Source: Azolla caroliniana (lineage: Eukaryota > Plantae > Polypodiophyta). Taken from it: DNA of 64,000 nt. Both the position numbers and the translations under genes were made by a program. This document shows, one piece after another, positions 1 to 14,707 of the stretch. The stretch is from assembly GCA_043228905.1 (NCBI GenBank), contig JBHGNT010000006.1:8742001-8806000 (forward strand). The letters are read 5' to 3'. Within the stretch, counting starts at the first letter, position 1, and the number at the start of each line of letters is the position of its first letter. The notes below the pieces were generated by a model that was given only the letters and a program-made list of their open reading frames with translations, was not told where the DNA came from and ran no database searches.

Positions 1-537
1 TCCACCCTCGATCGAGCCTGAAGATGGACCTTGAGTACGAGGTTGCCGCCATCCTCGATTCCAAGATTGTTCGCAACAAGCTCTACTATTTAGTCGATTG
101 GCTAGGATATGGTTCCAGCGAGCGTACTTGGGAACCAATAGAGAATGTGACCAATATTTGTGCTCTTCTTGAAGACTTCCATCGTCAATATCCAGACAAA
201 CCGGGTCCTCAATCCAAAACGACTCGTGACGCTCGTCGTTTTAAAAGGGGGATAGTGTCATGATATGGCAAGACCTTATGTTACATAGGTCGAGCTCTTG
301 ACCATTAGACTATATGTTGTAATACGAAGGATATTATTTTCATTTAGGTTTTACTATAAAAAATTGATGTATATTCCAGATTTCTCTAGAACATTCTAGA
401 AACTTCAGGAGTACTCCTAAGAACACTATAAAACGAGGCACAAGGCATTATTTTGAACCAAATCGATTCAACACTAGTCTTAAGCCTCCTAGCTACTATT
501 GTATATCCCCTTAACATAATATATATCTTTTGTTATC

Positions 538-598
<61 letters not shown>

Positions 599-700
599 AG
601 TCCTTCTCTTGAGAGTTCTACACCTCCCTTAGTACTAATTCCTTCTCTGTTTTAGTATTGTTCCTGACAGTACTTCTCTGTCTTAGTACTGCTCCTGACA
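1..700 (+). mobile_element. 3' end of a Ty3/Gypsy chromovirus: integrase chromodomain, PPT and 3' LTR (256-700)
   Basis: ORF 24-263 (EYEVAAILDSKIVRNKLYYLVDWLGY..ERTWEP) is a chromodomain. The purine tract AAAAGGGGGATAG precedes an LTR running TGTCA(256)...TGACA(700). The same LTR family recurs at 46519-46946. Confidence 0.9.
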
Positions 701-3700
701 AAACCTAAGTTCACCAAAACTCCGAATGTCAAGTTCATTGATAAACGTAAGCAATCCAATGACACTCTTTACTGTGACTACAAGAAACCGAATCTCTTCT
801 GTGCATATTGCAAGAAGCGGGGCCACACAAAGGATATCTATCGTCATCTTGAGAGGAAGTCAATGAACACCCCTCCTCAAGACAAATCGACGAGTCACAC
901 AGGTGATTCTTTTGATGTTGTTGAAGTTCATACCAACCACTTAAGCTCATGTGAATGCACTTTTCCTTCACATTTACTTGGACCTAATGATTTACTCCGA
1001 GCAGTCGGGTATATCAATGGAACACGAGCACATTTCTTGTTTGATTCTGATAGTTCTCACAATTTTCTTAATGATCACTTTGTGGAGCAAATGGAACTCC
1101 ACATAAACGCAAGTGATCATATCTATCAAGTTCACATGGCAAATGGAAGCGTTCAATACATCAGTGGCATTGTTTGTCAACTGCCAATTCAAATAGATAC
1201 CTATTTGGAGAAGCTAGACTTTCATGTTATGAATTCTTTGTCCATTGATTGGGTTAATCACTCAATCACATTTGAACTTAATAATTGTAAACATTTTATT
1301 CAATGTTCCAAAATTCCTTCTCGTTCACTTGTGTCTTCTAAATCTTTCAGTGAGTATTCTAGTTCATTAATTTATTCATGTGTAATTGATCTTGCGCTTC
1401 AATTTTATTATTTTAATATTGACGCTACACAATTACCACATTATGAACAACGATTACTCGACTCTATTTTAGACGATTTTCAAGACGTGTTTCCTAATGA
1501 ATTACTGCTTACTTTACCACCAAAACGTAATGTGGACCATCAAATTGAACTCATCCCCGGTGCTGCTCCTATGAGCATTCCACCTTACTGACTTAGTCGA
1601 TTAAAAGAGGATGAGATCGCTAAACAACTTAAGGAATACTTGAGTATGGGCCACATTAGGTATAGTAAATCACCTTGGGGTGTGCCAGTTCTATTAGTTA
1701 AGAAGAAAGAAGGTTCATGGCGAATGTGTATCAATTATCGTCGTTTGAATAAAATGACAATAAAAAATGCATATCCATTACCTCGTGTCAATGATTTGAT
1801 TGATCGTTTGCATGGGGCCCGATATTTTACGAAAATTGACTTACGAACAGGTTATCATCAGATTCACATTGCCAAGCATGATATTACTAAAACCGCTTTT
1901 CGTACGCGCTATGGCCATTATGAGTTTTTAGTCATGCCTTTCAGGTTGACTAATGCTCCAACCACATTCCAACAAGTGATGAATGACGTTTTCCGAAATC
2001 AACTTGGTGATTTTGTTGTCATCTTCTTGGATGATATTTTTTTGATATATAGTCGTACCTTGCAAGATTATGTTCAACATGTTCGATTTGTTTTGCAAAA
2101 GTTGTGTGACAACTCTTTCTATGCAAAACATTCAAAATGTGATTTTTTACAAAAATCTATTGTGTACCTAGGTCATTCAATTACGGAAAATGGCGTTGAA
2201 ATTGAACCTTCTCGTATTGAAAAGGTTAAATTTTGGCCCATTCTTCGTAATATTCGTGAACTGCGATCATTCTTAGGGTTTGTTGGATTTTTACGAAAAT
2301 CAATTTGTAACTATTCCAAATTGACTACACCATTAACTAACATTTTAAAAGGTCATCCACGTAAGTCTATCAAACCGATTGCATGGAATGAACAACTTGA
2401 AAAATCATTTGAGACACTCAAAGAGCATGTGTGTCAGGCTCCCACTCTTTTATTACCGGACCCTTCTAAGCCTTTCTCAATCAAAACCGATGCTAGTGAT
2501 TATGTTATTGGTGCCGTTCTTTATCAAGGCAGTCACCCTATTGTTTTTTAAAGTAAGAAGCTTGATAGTGCTCAATCTCGGTATTCGGTTCAAGAGAAAG
2601 CATTGTTTGCAGTAATACATGCACTTAAAACATGGAGGCACTATCTTTATGGAAATAAATTTGTGGTTACAATAGACCATCAATCATTGAAGTATTTTTG
2701 TGACCAGCCAAATCTTGTTGGTCGTAAAGGCTGTTGGGTTGACATTATGCAAGATTTTGATTTTTCCATACAGTATTGCAAGGGTTCTATGAACACCGTT
2801 GCAGATGCTCTTAGTCGCATTAAAGAAGTTAACATCCTTAGTTTCACGGAAATAAAATTTGATCTTTTAGATCACCTTCGAGGGAAATACCTTGATGATA
2901 GTTATTTCTCAAAATACTGGACGAAAGCCGAATCTGGTTTAGATGTCGTTATTAGCACCCTACCCTCGAAGGCAACCTTTCACATTACAAACGGTTTGCT
3001 CTACCGTAGTGGAAAGGTCTGTGTTCTAGATTTACCAAACGTAAAACAGAAAATTCTTCATGAATGTCATGATGCGCCACCTACGAGTCATCCTGGAATA
3101 CAACGCACACTCGTTCTCATCTCGAGTACTTTTTTCTGGCCTAAGATGCGCTCTGACATGCATAAATACGTAACTCAATGCTTACAATGTCAGATTAATA
3201 AGTCAGAACGACTTAAAGTTGCTAGTCTTTTACATCCCTTAAATATTCCCAACAACAAATGGAAAGTATCTCGATGGATTTTATTGCTAGTTTGCCTCGT
3301 ACACAGAGGGGTCATGATGCCATTTGGGTTGTCGTTGACAAACTAACAAAATTGGCTAGATTTATTCCTACCAAAACCACGGTAACCGCTCAACAATTGG
3401 CTTATCAATTTGTTGATGAGTTACTTCGTTTTTATGGATTATCGACGGATATTGTTAGTGACCGAGATTCCAAGTTTACTAGTGACTTTTGGACTCAAGT
3501 CTTTAGGAAATTAGAAACTACGTTTAGCATGAGTTCCGCAGATCATCCTCAATCTGATGGACAAACTAATTGAGTTAATCAAATTATTGAGGACATGCTT
3601 CGAGCTTATGTAGCAAAAACCCCTTCTAAGTGGGAGCAATACCTTCCTATCTTAGAATTTGCCTATAATAGCTCTAAACATACATCCACTAGATATAGTC

Positions 3701-4342
3701 CTTTTATGTTGATGTATGGTTTTTAGCCATGTGCCCCAGTCGATGTCACGATTCATCGTGATACATTAGATAGTGCACATAATTTTTTGCAAGACATGAA
3801 CCAAATGTTGCATATTGCCAAAGAAAATGTCAAGACAGCTCAAGATCGTGCTCGATTTTATGTTGACCAGGAGAGACGTCCTCGTGCATTTATTATTGGT
3901 CAAAAAAAAAATTTGCATGTCCCTACTGACTCTACGTCATTGTCTACGAGCAAGTGCGCTAAGTTAGCCCCATGATATGGTGGCCCATTTGAAATCCTTA
4001 AGCGAGTTGGGTCATCTCCTTATCACCTTGCCTTACCCCGTAACGTTGGTATTCATCCTATTTTTCACGTCAATCATCTAAAACCATTTTTAGGCTCTAG
4101 TGATAACACCATCACAATCCAAGATCTTGTAACATTAGAGGATTTTTCTTACAAACCTCATGTTCCTGAACGAATTCTTGATTCTCGTAATAAACGTTTA
4201 CATTCTAAAGAGATTCGGCTATTCAAGATCAAATGGATGGATAAACCTATTGATGATGCCACATGGGAATGTAAGCATACTCTTAAGACACAATTTCCTC
4301 ACTTCATATTGCAAGAGTGCAATCTTTTAATGTAGGGGAGTA
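701..4342 (+). pseudogene. Degenerate Ty3/Gypsy gag-pol (zinc knuckle, protease, RT, RNase H, integrase, chromodomain)
   Basis: Motifs seen: CAYCKKRGH knuckle ~800, FLFDSDSSHNF protease, RT ([24 protein letters not shown]), KTDASD RNase H, HHCC and ISMDF/VSDRD integrase, and a chromodomain-like KIKWMDKP..DATWE ~4230. Several stops and frameshifts. PPT GTAGGGGAGTA. Confidence 0.93.
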
Positions 4343-4830
4343 TGTTATGTACACATAACGTTGGTGAGGGTGGGTCACTAATATTTACATTAGTGAAGGG
4401 TATGTTCACTAATGTTAAAAAAGGGGCTAATGTGATTGGATAGAAGGAATGATAGGTGCATGCACTATCATGATTTGGGCAACCAATGAATGAAGACCCT
4501 TTTAGAAAGGCACATCTATTCAAGGGGCCTAGGAAAAGGTATAAATATGAAGCTTCGCTACCCTCATAAGCACATTATGTCGGAAGGTTGTTGTCTTAGA
4601 CACCGGTGGTGCAGGCTAGGCTTTCGTCTCAACGATTGTGTTTATATCTTCCAAGGTATTAGTCATCCTAATATCCGGTGGTATGGGACGTCGGTGGTAG
4701 GTTGTCTATGTCTAGATCATATCTCGGGGGTGGTTGGGTGGAACGGGTTCTTCTATCCAATCTATTTTCCTTCTTTTACTCTACTTTGGTCGATTGATTA
4801 GTAATAGACTCTTAATAGATATAGACTCCG
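4343..4830 (+). repeat. Probable 3' LTR of the 701-4342 Gypsy element (right end uncertain)
   Basis: Starts TGTTATG immediately after the PPT and contains TATAAATA near 4540. The terminal CA was not resolved. Confidence 0.55.
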
Positions 4831-4851
4831 GTCAATGTCCTGGCCTATGAA

Positions 4852-5888
4852 GGGGGGGCAATGTCATGGCAGTCAAGACTGTAGAAGACTATGGCTTTGT
4901 CGACCACAGAGATAGAGTATATGGTTGTTGTAGAGGCTAGTAGGGAGTTGATATGGATGAAGAGTTTTCTCAGTGAACTAGGAATGAAACAAGGAGAAAT
5001 CTTGCTCCATTGCAATAATTAGAGTGTCATCCATCTAGCCAAGAATGTTGTGTATCACTCTCGTACCAAGAACATACAGAGAAAGTATCACTGGTTGCGA
5101 GAGAAAGTGGATCCATACTAATGATAATGGATCCGACATGCTCACGAAGAACCTACCTATGGACAGACTCAGAGTTTGTCGACTGAAGACAAGACTAGTC
5201 GATTCTGCACATAGAAGTGAAGGGGGAGTTTATTAGGAATTTGTCCCTTCGATGGGAGAAGTTGGCAGTCGAACAAAGACAAGTTGAACATTGGATGGTC
5301 GGTCAAATAGATCAACGAGTCGATAGGGTTGTCAATTGGTTCTTGGAGGAGATAGAGTCGACTATGATAGTCAACTACATTGATGGAGGCTCCAAGTGAA
5401 GACAAAGTCGACAAATCGGGTCGACCAGATGGTCGAAGACAAGGCCGACGAGTTGAACCGATTGATTATATAATAATAATAATAGTAATAAGAGCTACAT
5501 TTGTAAATAGCCCATATTGTGTATGAGTATAAATACACCTAGGTGAAACATTATGTTGATGATGCAAGTTAGAGCTTCTGTAGTTGTGTGCAAAAGTGAG
5601 AGCAACGAAGAGTAGGAATATGGACGTAAGAGCGCACGAGAGAGACAGATAGAGAGAGAGGCAGAGTTTAGGAAAACTTGTCGAAACCCTAAAAGGGTAT
5701 TCTCTGTTTTATAGAGACCTGTAAATCCTTCCTTTGTACCTCTATTCATAGTGAAAACCTGTTGTCCCATGGTTTTTCCCGTTTTAGGGTTTTTCCACGT
5801 AAATACTGTGTACTGCGTATTTGTTGTTTCTTTGTATTTTGTTGCCTTCTATTTCCACGTTGTACATTTTCAGTTTATCTTTCTCACA
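4852..5888 (+). mobile_element. Ty1/Copia 3' remnant: RNase H fragment, PPT and LTR (~5232-5888)
   Basis: Translates as GGAMSWQSRL*KTMALSTTEIEY..EASRELIWMK and later NGSDMLTK. PPT GAAGGGGGAG ~5219. The LTR shares blocks (GCTACATTTGTAAATAGCC, GGGTTTTTCCACGTAAA) with 50079-50954. Confidence 0.8.
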
Positions 5889-5889
5889 T

Positions 5890-7080
5890 ATCTATGGTCC
5901 ATTCTCCTCAGGCTATTAATTGTAGGTTTAATGGAAGACTAGCGAAGGTGACCCGACTGATAGATAAGGTCATTGATGGATTAGGTAAGTTGAAAGTGAA
6001 AGAGGCAGTTTGGTCAGGCTGGTTTGTAGGTGAGGGTGATGCACAACTTATTCGTGGTAGGTGCTCAACTAACGAGGAGCGTTTGTGGGGTAACCTAAGT
6101 TCTTTGACAAATGATGACAGGTGGTTGGCAGTGTGGGTGATAATGTTGGAGGGTGGGAGTGCAATTTAACCCTGACCTTAAGACACTTGATCTGGATTGT
6201 AAAATATGGCTTTTCGACAACAAGCCCTTATATGATTCAGAGTGGGATCCATTGGAGGTATGGTGGCAAACACCAGGAACAAACAACTTGAAAAAGTTTT
6301 TTGAGTACAATACTAAGCTGGGAAGATGAATCATTGGCTCCAAAGTGGTTGGTGTTTTAATGATTTACAATAGTTGGAAGGATAAAGGTATATCAAATGA
6401 CGATCTAAAGTCATTTTGGAGGAGACTACGGGCATTGGATATGCCAAAAAAAATAAAGGTCTGGTTGTAGCTTCTTAGTCACAAGGTGGTACCTGTAGGG
6501 GAGTGGTTGAGTTCCCATGGTGGCGAGGCTACCTGTAAGTTATGTGGACATGCTTTGGAATCAATCTCTCACTATTTCTGGAATTGTACAAAGGCAATTA
6601 GCATTTGGAGTAGAAGCCTTCAAATCGTGGCAACCTATGGTGTGAATGGGAATGTCGTGTGGGGTTCCATACAAGGATTGTCTCTAAAAGGGGAAAGCTG
6701 GGGGGAACAGTTAAACCACAAGGACATGGATTTATAGTGCAAGGTGGTAGCGTGTTCCAATGTGATGGGGTGAGACCTAGCACAAATTCTGAATTTTTTG
6801 AGGAGATTTGGCTTATGGTGGCGTGTTTATCGGTGTGGCACATTTGGATCAGGCGTTATAAGTTTGTTTTTCAGTAGCAAAAGCTCTCATGTGGGGAGGT
6901 GATGTTAAATATCTAGTTTGAGCTTGTGGCTAGGTTGCGCGGACGGTATGACTCGATTCAGGGGGAATCAGATGAAGTAGAAAGGGCAAGGTCAAAGTTC
7001 TTGCTGAAATGGGGTGGTTCTCCGATGATGGTCAAATCTTCGTCAAGGCCCAAGTGGAATTACTAGGTGGTTGTTTCCGC
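5890..7080 (+). mobile_element. Degenerate L1-like LINE ORF2 C-terminus (zf-RVT region)
   Basis: KIKVWL*LLSHKVVPVGEWL...CKLCGHALESISHYFWNC..AISIW, followed by VWHIW, is the typical cysteine-rich LINE tail. Boundaries approximate. Confidence 0.7.
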
Positions 7081-7437
7081 TAATGGCTCCCAATATTGTA
7101 CATGGATTGTAATTATTATGTATAACTGAAGCTCAAGTGGGTTAGTATAGTCATGTTACCCGGATAACTTTGTTATAAAAGGGTTAGTTGGGAGAAGTAG
7201 AGTTGGGGTGAAATGGGGTTTATTTCAGTTAGGTTGGAGTTAAGGGTCGTGTAAGTTTTTGTTTGATAGTTTTGGAGTTGTTCCTCCGAGTTGTATATGT
7301 TGATCCCACTGTTGATTCGGGTAAACTCTGTTGTATTCTATTTGCTAGCTAATGTGAAGTAGTGTTATTTGGAAGAAAGATCTTGATTTCATATTTCATG
7401 ACTACTTAAAATTTTACCAAAATGTGCATTGAAGGTC

Positions 7438-7600
7438 TCAACTGAACTCGGAATTTCGAAGTATAAACAACAATATACTCATATCACTTGAATGGGTTCC
7501 CAGGAATTTCAAGGTATGAACATATCATATCTATAGAAATGGTGCCTTGTTCGATATTGATTGTGATAAGGAAGATGTATGGTCATCGCGTAGAATATCA
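7438..7600 (+). repeat. Dispersed repeat with an inverted partner at 10076-10231
   Basis: ATTTCGAAGTATAAAC...TTTCAAGGTAT.AACATATC...AAATGGTGCC...GGAAGATGT.TGGTC matches the reverse complement of 10076-10231. Confidence 0.75.
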
Positions 7601-8912
7601 TGAGTGTGTGTGTGTGTACATGTATACATATGTATGTGGAGATGTATATGTATGCATTCCTATACACATACATACAAATATACATGCATACATACATACA
7701 TACAGATAGATAGATATATAAAAAGAATGAGGAAGCCTTAAATGCTTTTGTACCTATCAAAATGATTAGGAAACTCCTCGTCACAGTAAGCCCATGCTCG
7801 ACAAAACTTCATTTTTCCAAGAGCCTATGTTGAAGCCCCTCATTATGACAATGCCCACATATGTATTGTGTATAGTGACCATAATTTATCCTTGTTTGGG
7901 TTATCACAAGTGGCATGTTTGGTTCCATATCCATGTTCGACTTACAAGTGTAACCAATAGGCAATTTTAGCAAAAGTTTGATGGAAAGAGAACTTGAAAT
8001 GTCAATATGGAAGATGTAAACATGAATGGAAAGATGTGGTTCTTCAGGGCATACAAAATATCCCTAAAAAGGGTAACACTTCTTTTAGAACAGATGTCAA
8101 GATTTTTATGGAGAATGAGACGAAAGACATGGAATAACGTCAAAATTGGAGAGGGTTAGGTGGCACAATGAGATTAGGTGAGTTTGTTTCTAGCTTCAAC
8201 AAGAACAACGAATATTAAAGAGAATTGCGAATATATTCTAATCTTTTGGAAAAGAGACACATATACATAAATACGTACATATAAATGGTTTGTTTGGTTG
8301 TTTAACCTCCTTATGCGAGGTAGGCCCTACAATCAAAGGGATTGCATATCTTAAACATAAGTTTAAAGGTTAAAGCTAATGCAACACCTAGGCTAAACTT
8401 TTTTCCTCGAATTGGTCATATATATTGTTTTGGCTACAAATGGTGGGTCGGGGATTTAGATTTAAAGTGATCAATCTACTAACTAGAATTTGTTGAAATA
8501 TTTTTACTAAATAGTCTAGGTTTTAAAATTCTTCACATAGGCACACAGTTGCATAAAAACCCATATGGGCAAACGCATACACGAGCTACAAACTTAAAAG
8601 TACATACACATGCATGTTTGATAGGATGATGCGAACTAGTTTTTGTATTGTCAATACAGACAATGCATATACATGTGCATTGTCCTGACGATGGGCTTCG
8701 GCGTAGGCTCGTGGAAGGTCGATAGGGGAAACAAATGAGGTCACATTGAGGAGGGACCAATAACTATGGCATGAATTTTTGCTTGCATTTGGATTGGTAT
8801 GAAAGCATTCAAGATTTCCTCATTCTACGTATATTATGTATATGTGTGTGTGTATGTAGTGTATGTATGTATGAGTGCATGTATGTAGTGTATGTATGCG
8901 TATAAATACATG

Positions 8913-9196
8913 TATAGTACGTAAGATTCGTGTTCGTCTAGCATAACATTCGGTTTCCTACGTTGGAAAAACGAATGCGAATGTTATTCAAACATTCTTG
9001 TGTTTTCTTTTTTTCCCTTTTTTTTAAGGTTTTTTTTTTCCCCCCCTTTTTTTTAGGTTTCTTTACCTCATAATAAATAGTTAATCCAAAAAGGTATGGT
9101 ATATTTACCATGCTTCGAGGGTGTTTACCATATACTCGAATGATTGAAACATTCTCGGGTGGGAATGCACGTATGGTACCTATGGTTCGTACTATG
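8913..9196. mobile_element. Possible small MITE-like element upstream of the SPPL gene
   Basis: Ends TATAGTACG...CGTACTATG are inverted. It has internal CATTCG/CGAATG motifs like the hairpin repeats at 20790 and 26772. No clear TSD. Confidence 0.35.
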
Positions 9197-9553
9197 AAAT
9201 TATTGTTATACATATACATGTGTTTTTGAAAGTGTTTTGAAAAACAATAGTAATTGAGTTTCATTTCTTCTTCTTCTTTTTCTTTGCCGTACACGCAGAC
9301 GCACGGACTGAATGCCTCCTCACTCACTCACTGACTGACTGACAGACTGAAAAGAATGAATGAAGGAATGGGAGGAGGAAAGAAAGACGATGAATGAATG
9401 AATGAAAAGAGTGAGAATGGCTGTGATGCAGAGACACAGAGATAGGGAATCAACGAGAGAGAAGCATCCATTGAAATAGAAGAAGGAAAAAAGAAAGAAA
9501 GAACGGAAGTAGCTGCTAGCATCGAAAGAAAGAAAGAAAGAAAGAAAGAGACC

Positions 9554-12500
9554 ATGGATTCTTCTTCTCTTCTGTTTCTTCTCACTGTGCCTATTCTTCT
9601 TCTTCTTCTTCTTCTTGCACCTCACCCCGTTTCGTCCGGTGACATCGTCCACGATGATAATGTTGCACCCAAGCGCCTCGGCTGTACAAACAAATTTGTC
9701 CTCGTACGTTCTATTCCATTGCAATCTCTCTCTCTCTCTCTCTCCAATTTTAAAGTGAAAATTTGATCTATTCCCAGCAAATATGATCTATCTTAATTAG
9801 TTAATTAAGTGTATACATTGCTTTTCTAAGATTACGCTCCAGTGCTTGATTTGCTGTTATTTCTAGCCTCTCTTCAAGCATGCGCTTTATATTAATTGAA
9901 TTTGGGGTTTAGGGTTTACTCGGAACCAAACAATGTTTTAAGTACCTGACATTTATCAAATGCAATATTTTCAATTATATGAATGAGTTCATTCAGTATA
10001 ACTTTGTTTGGATCCATGCTGATGTCTATATACATGTTCATTGAATTGTATGTTCCTCTTGCACTTCTTAGATTTGCAATGTTCCATGCAACGACCAAAC
10101 ATCTTCCCATCTACAATCAGTATCAAACGGGGCACCATTTTTATAGATATGTTGATACCTTGAAACTGGGAGCCCATTCCATATGTTTGTACCCTCGTTT
10201 ATACTTCGAAATCGGTAGTCCATTCACTTGAATTATAATGATTGTGCTGGTTTTGAGGTAGTCATTCTACCCCTATCTATTCCTACACATTTGCTAATTT
10301 TTAGATAAACTTGAAATATGAAATCAATATGTAGATATTTCCAAAATGTATAAGGTTCTACCCTTTTCCAAGGTTCTTCATTAGTTTTTCACAGGTTATA
10401 ATGAAAACATGTCATATTTAAGAACACAAAAATGTCTGTTCTCTAATTGTCATTGTGCATAAGCAAGTTATGCAAATAATGGATTTTTTTGGAAGCAACA
10501 GAAACTTCACCCTAGTCGGCTATGGCAAATGAAGCCACTGTTAATAGGTGGTGATAACTATCTCAAAGCTGTGGATCCATCCTTTCATCTTTGAGTTTTC
10601 TTGTCGTGAGATATCCTGATATGACCTACCAGAATATTTAGTTCTAGCGCCTATGTGTAGTGATGACCATGTTTAGTTGTAGTACCTCATTAAAATCTTC
10701 ATAGAAAGCGCAAATCAGGGAAATTTGTACATACATCCTGCCCTACCGATGCTCTAATGCATTCTGTTCAAATCTATCTAGATACTCACTTCTCTTGAAG
10801 GAGATTGCATCATGTACTTATGTTAAGCTCACAGGTGAAAGTTTCAAGCTGGATAAATGGAAAAGAAGAAAGCGAAGTTGTCGGAATAAGTGCTCGTTTT
10901 GGTAAACCAATGGAATCTCGTGCTCGTGAGGCACAAATATACACTCTTGAAGCTGCCAGTCCTACACCATGTTGCAATTTGACCTCTAACCAGGTGAAAA
11001 ATCATCTTCATAATTCTCAAAACAATGATGGCATTAGAAACTGTATCTTCTTCAGATCTTAAGCTCATTTTGGATTGCTCCTAGTTCAATGGACATGCAG
11101 CTCTAACATGGAGAGGAGATTGTACATTCACTAAGAAAGCAAGAGTTGCACAGGAGGCTGGGGCAAGTGCTTTAATCATAGTGAATACAAAAGAAGGTAT
11201 ATCATTTTTGCGGCCATCATGCCCAATAGGCCCAACTAAAAACATTTATCTAAGTTCCTTATACTAACATGCGTGGAGACTTTGGTTTTTGGCTTTGTGG
11301 CTCAAAACATCAAACATCAATGAATTCACACATGCTATAGCTTTGTGCCAAGTAAAAGGGCCCTGTTTTAAATTTGAGATAAGTTATTGTATCCCAAGAT
11401 GAATACAAGCAGCTGCCTAATCAATGGTTTTGCTGTTTTGATATATTTATATATATATCAATTATAACTCTTAAGCTTATGCTATCTATCTCATGGTCTT
11501 ACCAAGTTATTCAATGTTTGTCTTACAGAGCTGTACAAGATGGTTTGTGATATGAACGAACCAGGCACATTCTTAGACATACAAATTCCTGTAGTTTTAT
11601 TACCAAAATCTGCTGGTGAAGCTCTAGAACGTGCGTTAAATCGAAACCAAAAGGGTATGTACCACTGATGGAGGAATGCTGTGTGAATTTAATTTCTTAT
11701 TTGTACCTTTGGTCTATTTTATTTAATTTTTTATTTCTTCCTTTGCCACCAATACTGACTAGTATCTTTTATTTGCTATTTGCTTCTAATTTTTGCAGTG
11801 CAAGTTCAACTCTATTCTCCTGATAGGCCAGCTGTGGATGCAGCTGAGTTTGTTCTCTGGATTATGGCAATGGGAACAATTACTTGTGCTTCCATATGGT
11901 CAGCATGGGTTTACCATGATGGTATGCCGGATCACTACAAGATAACAAAGGTAAGTTGATTTCTCTAATGAAGTGAAAGTTATGACCAAGCCTGGGGCTC
12001 ATTTTCTACAATTTGATGTTATACATGATATGAATGTTGATAGCATCAATGATGACCGATACTTATATGGAAAATTCTATATCTTTTACAACTTGAACCT
12101 GTCCTTACTGGTTGGTTGTTGGATAATATCTCACTATATATACATGCTGGTCGGTATCACATATAATAATAGAAGCAAAGATGCAATCTGGGCATACCTT
12201 AGAAAAAGAGCTCACCTTTTTAATGATGATTTAATATACCATTATTAGATTTGCTTATGTACTGTAGTTCAGCCAATGTAGCTTTTTCTATTTCCAGTCA
12301 TTTCCTAAGATTGGATGACTGAAGGATCTATATATGTGCAGGACTTTGAAGATGATTATGAAGATGAAGATGAAAAGGAGGAATCTAATATCCTCAATAT
12401 CAGTGTGGCATCCGCAGTCCTATTTGTGCTGTTTGCATCAGGATTTTTGTTTATAGTATACAAGTTCATGTCTGGATGGTTTGTGCTGTTGCTAGTGATT

Positions 12501-14613
12501 TTATTTTGCATCGGTGGTGCTGAGGTATGTTCTCATTTTATGAATGGTGTGCGAGGAGGCCCTACGGGGTTTCTTCAAGTCAACATTTATAACTAACGAC
12601 AATTCATATCTCTTATTTGCAAGCGTACCATAATGTATTAACCTTAAGGGAGAAAGATTAGTAATAAGCTACAAGTTTCTACAGGAGCTCATGAAATATT
12701 AATTAAAATATGGGCGAAAAAACCCCTTCCCCACTTGTAAGCCTTTTCAATCTAGGTTTTGATTAGAAAATGGTAATCTCTTATTTGCAAGCGTACCATA
12801 ATGTATTAACCAACCTTAAGGGAGAAAGATTAGTAATAAGCTACAAGTTTCTACAGGAGCGCATGAAATATTAATTAAAATATGTGCGAAAAAACCCCTT
12901 CCCCTCTTGTAAGCCTTTTCAATCTAGGTTTTGATTATAAAATGGCAATGCTAATAAAGTAGCATCATGTGTAATGACATGCAGGGATTGCAAACGTGTT
13001 CTATGGCGTTACTTTCAAGGTTATTTTCAAAGTTATTTCTCATGTTCCTCATGTCTTCTGTTTTTTAATGTTTGAGTGTGTTACTGTGTGTACATATATG
13101 TGATATCTGTTAGCTTCACAACCTTTTCAGATGGTTCACTCGAATGAATGGTCTTTATATAACCATACCCTTCTTTGGCACGACTTCTGTGCTGGCTCTC
13201 ATTGTATCTCCTTTATGTGTAACATTTGCGACAGTTTGGGCAGTGTATCGTCATACCTCATTTGCATGGGTTGCCCAAGACATTCTGGTTAGTATATCCC
13301 CCCTCTCCCCGAATATCACGCTACTCACATGTACATATGCACAAAACATGTTATCATGAAAAAACGTTGAAATGGATAAGCCAAACATCATGGTAGGACT
13401 GAGTTCTAACTATCATATAACATGAAAACTAATTATATATGTAAAAGCATTCTGCTGCTGTTCTTTTGTAATTTCTATTTTTCAAACTTTTTTATGCTAT
13501 AATAACACATGAGTTGCAACTAGAATAACTTGTGTAACAATAATTTCTTTACCATAATAACTTTGCATGAAATATAAGCAACATTTGTTTTTTGTTTTGT
13601 TTCCACATCAGGGTATTGCTTTGATCATGACAGTGCTTCAGATTGTTCGGCTACCAAACATAAAGGCAGTGCATTATCCTAACCATTGAAACATTGTTTG
13701 TGACATTTTGTAACTTGTCGAAGAAGACAACATGTATTTCTAGCATAATAAGCTCGTTTATTTGCTGTCTTTTTACATTTCAGGTTTCTACAGTGCTGCT
13801 TTCGTGTGCTTTTCTATATGACATCTTCTGGGTGTTTATGTCACCAACACTCTTCAATGAAAGTGTGATGATCGTTGTAAGTACACATCTCCAAGTGAAT
13901 CTTTTGGTTCTCTTTCATTTTTCTGTTAAATTCCAACTTCCAAATATCTGGGCCATAGAAAGCATCATATGCTTTCTTCGCTTAGAAAACCAAGTTTAGA
14001 CATCGATATCATCTAGAAATGATTATATAATTGCTTAAGTATGACATGTACAATTAAGGATATTTGAGGAAACAAAGAAAAACTCAGGGGTCAGGGTTCT
14101 CAGGGGTCAGGGTTTTTCCCACAACTTCAATTCTATTTGGCTTTGTTTGTTTTTTGTGTCTTTCTTCTTTAAACTCCCATCTATGGAGCAAACACAATTA
14201 AAAACCAACTTTGTTTATCATATGTACACATTTTACCTATATGTCTCTATTCCTGTGCAGTCTGTTGTTTTAAGAGTCCTAAGTTCGAGAAAGTTTTTAT
14301 GAAGGCTGATTTTAATGAATAAAACAGTATATAAGTAATACTTCTTTTTACTAAGAACAGATGAACAGACTGTACATTTTAACCAGGATTTTCAGAATTA
14401 TTTTTCGAAAAGCCTTTCATAACGATTCACAACTAGTTCAATTTCCTCTTGTCAGTTTTTCTTTGAATGTTGTCTACCAAATTCAGTGCTCATCAGTATG
14501 CAGGCAAACAAGAGTGGCATAGTGCCTTGCACATAATGTCTTGTTTCACCCACTGTTAGACATCCTAATTTGATATGGAAGTGTTCAGTAAACATAAATC
14601 ATTTTCTACATAT

Positions 14614-14707
<94 letters not shown>

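Noticed and set aside
8938-9724. Minus-strand ORFs upstream of and overlapping SPPL exon 1
   Set aside because: They derive from microsatellite and homopolymer runs and from the antisense of the signal peptide.
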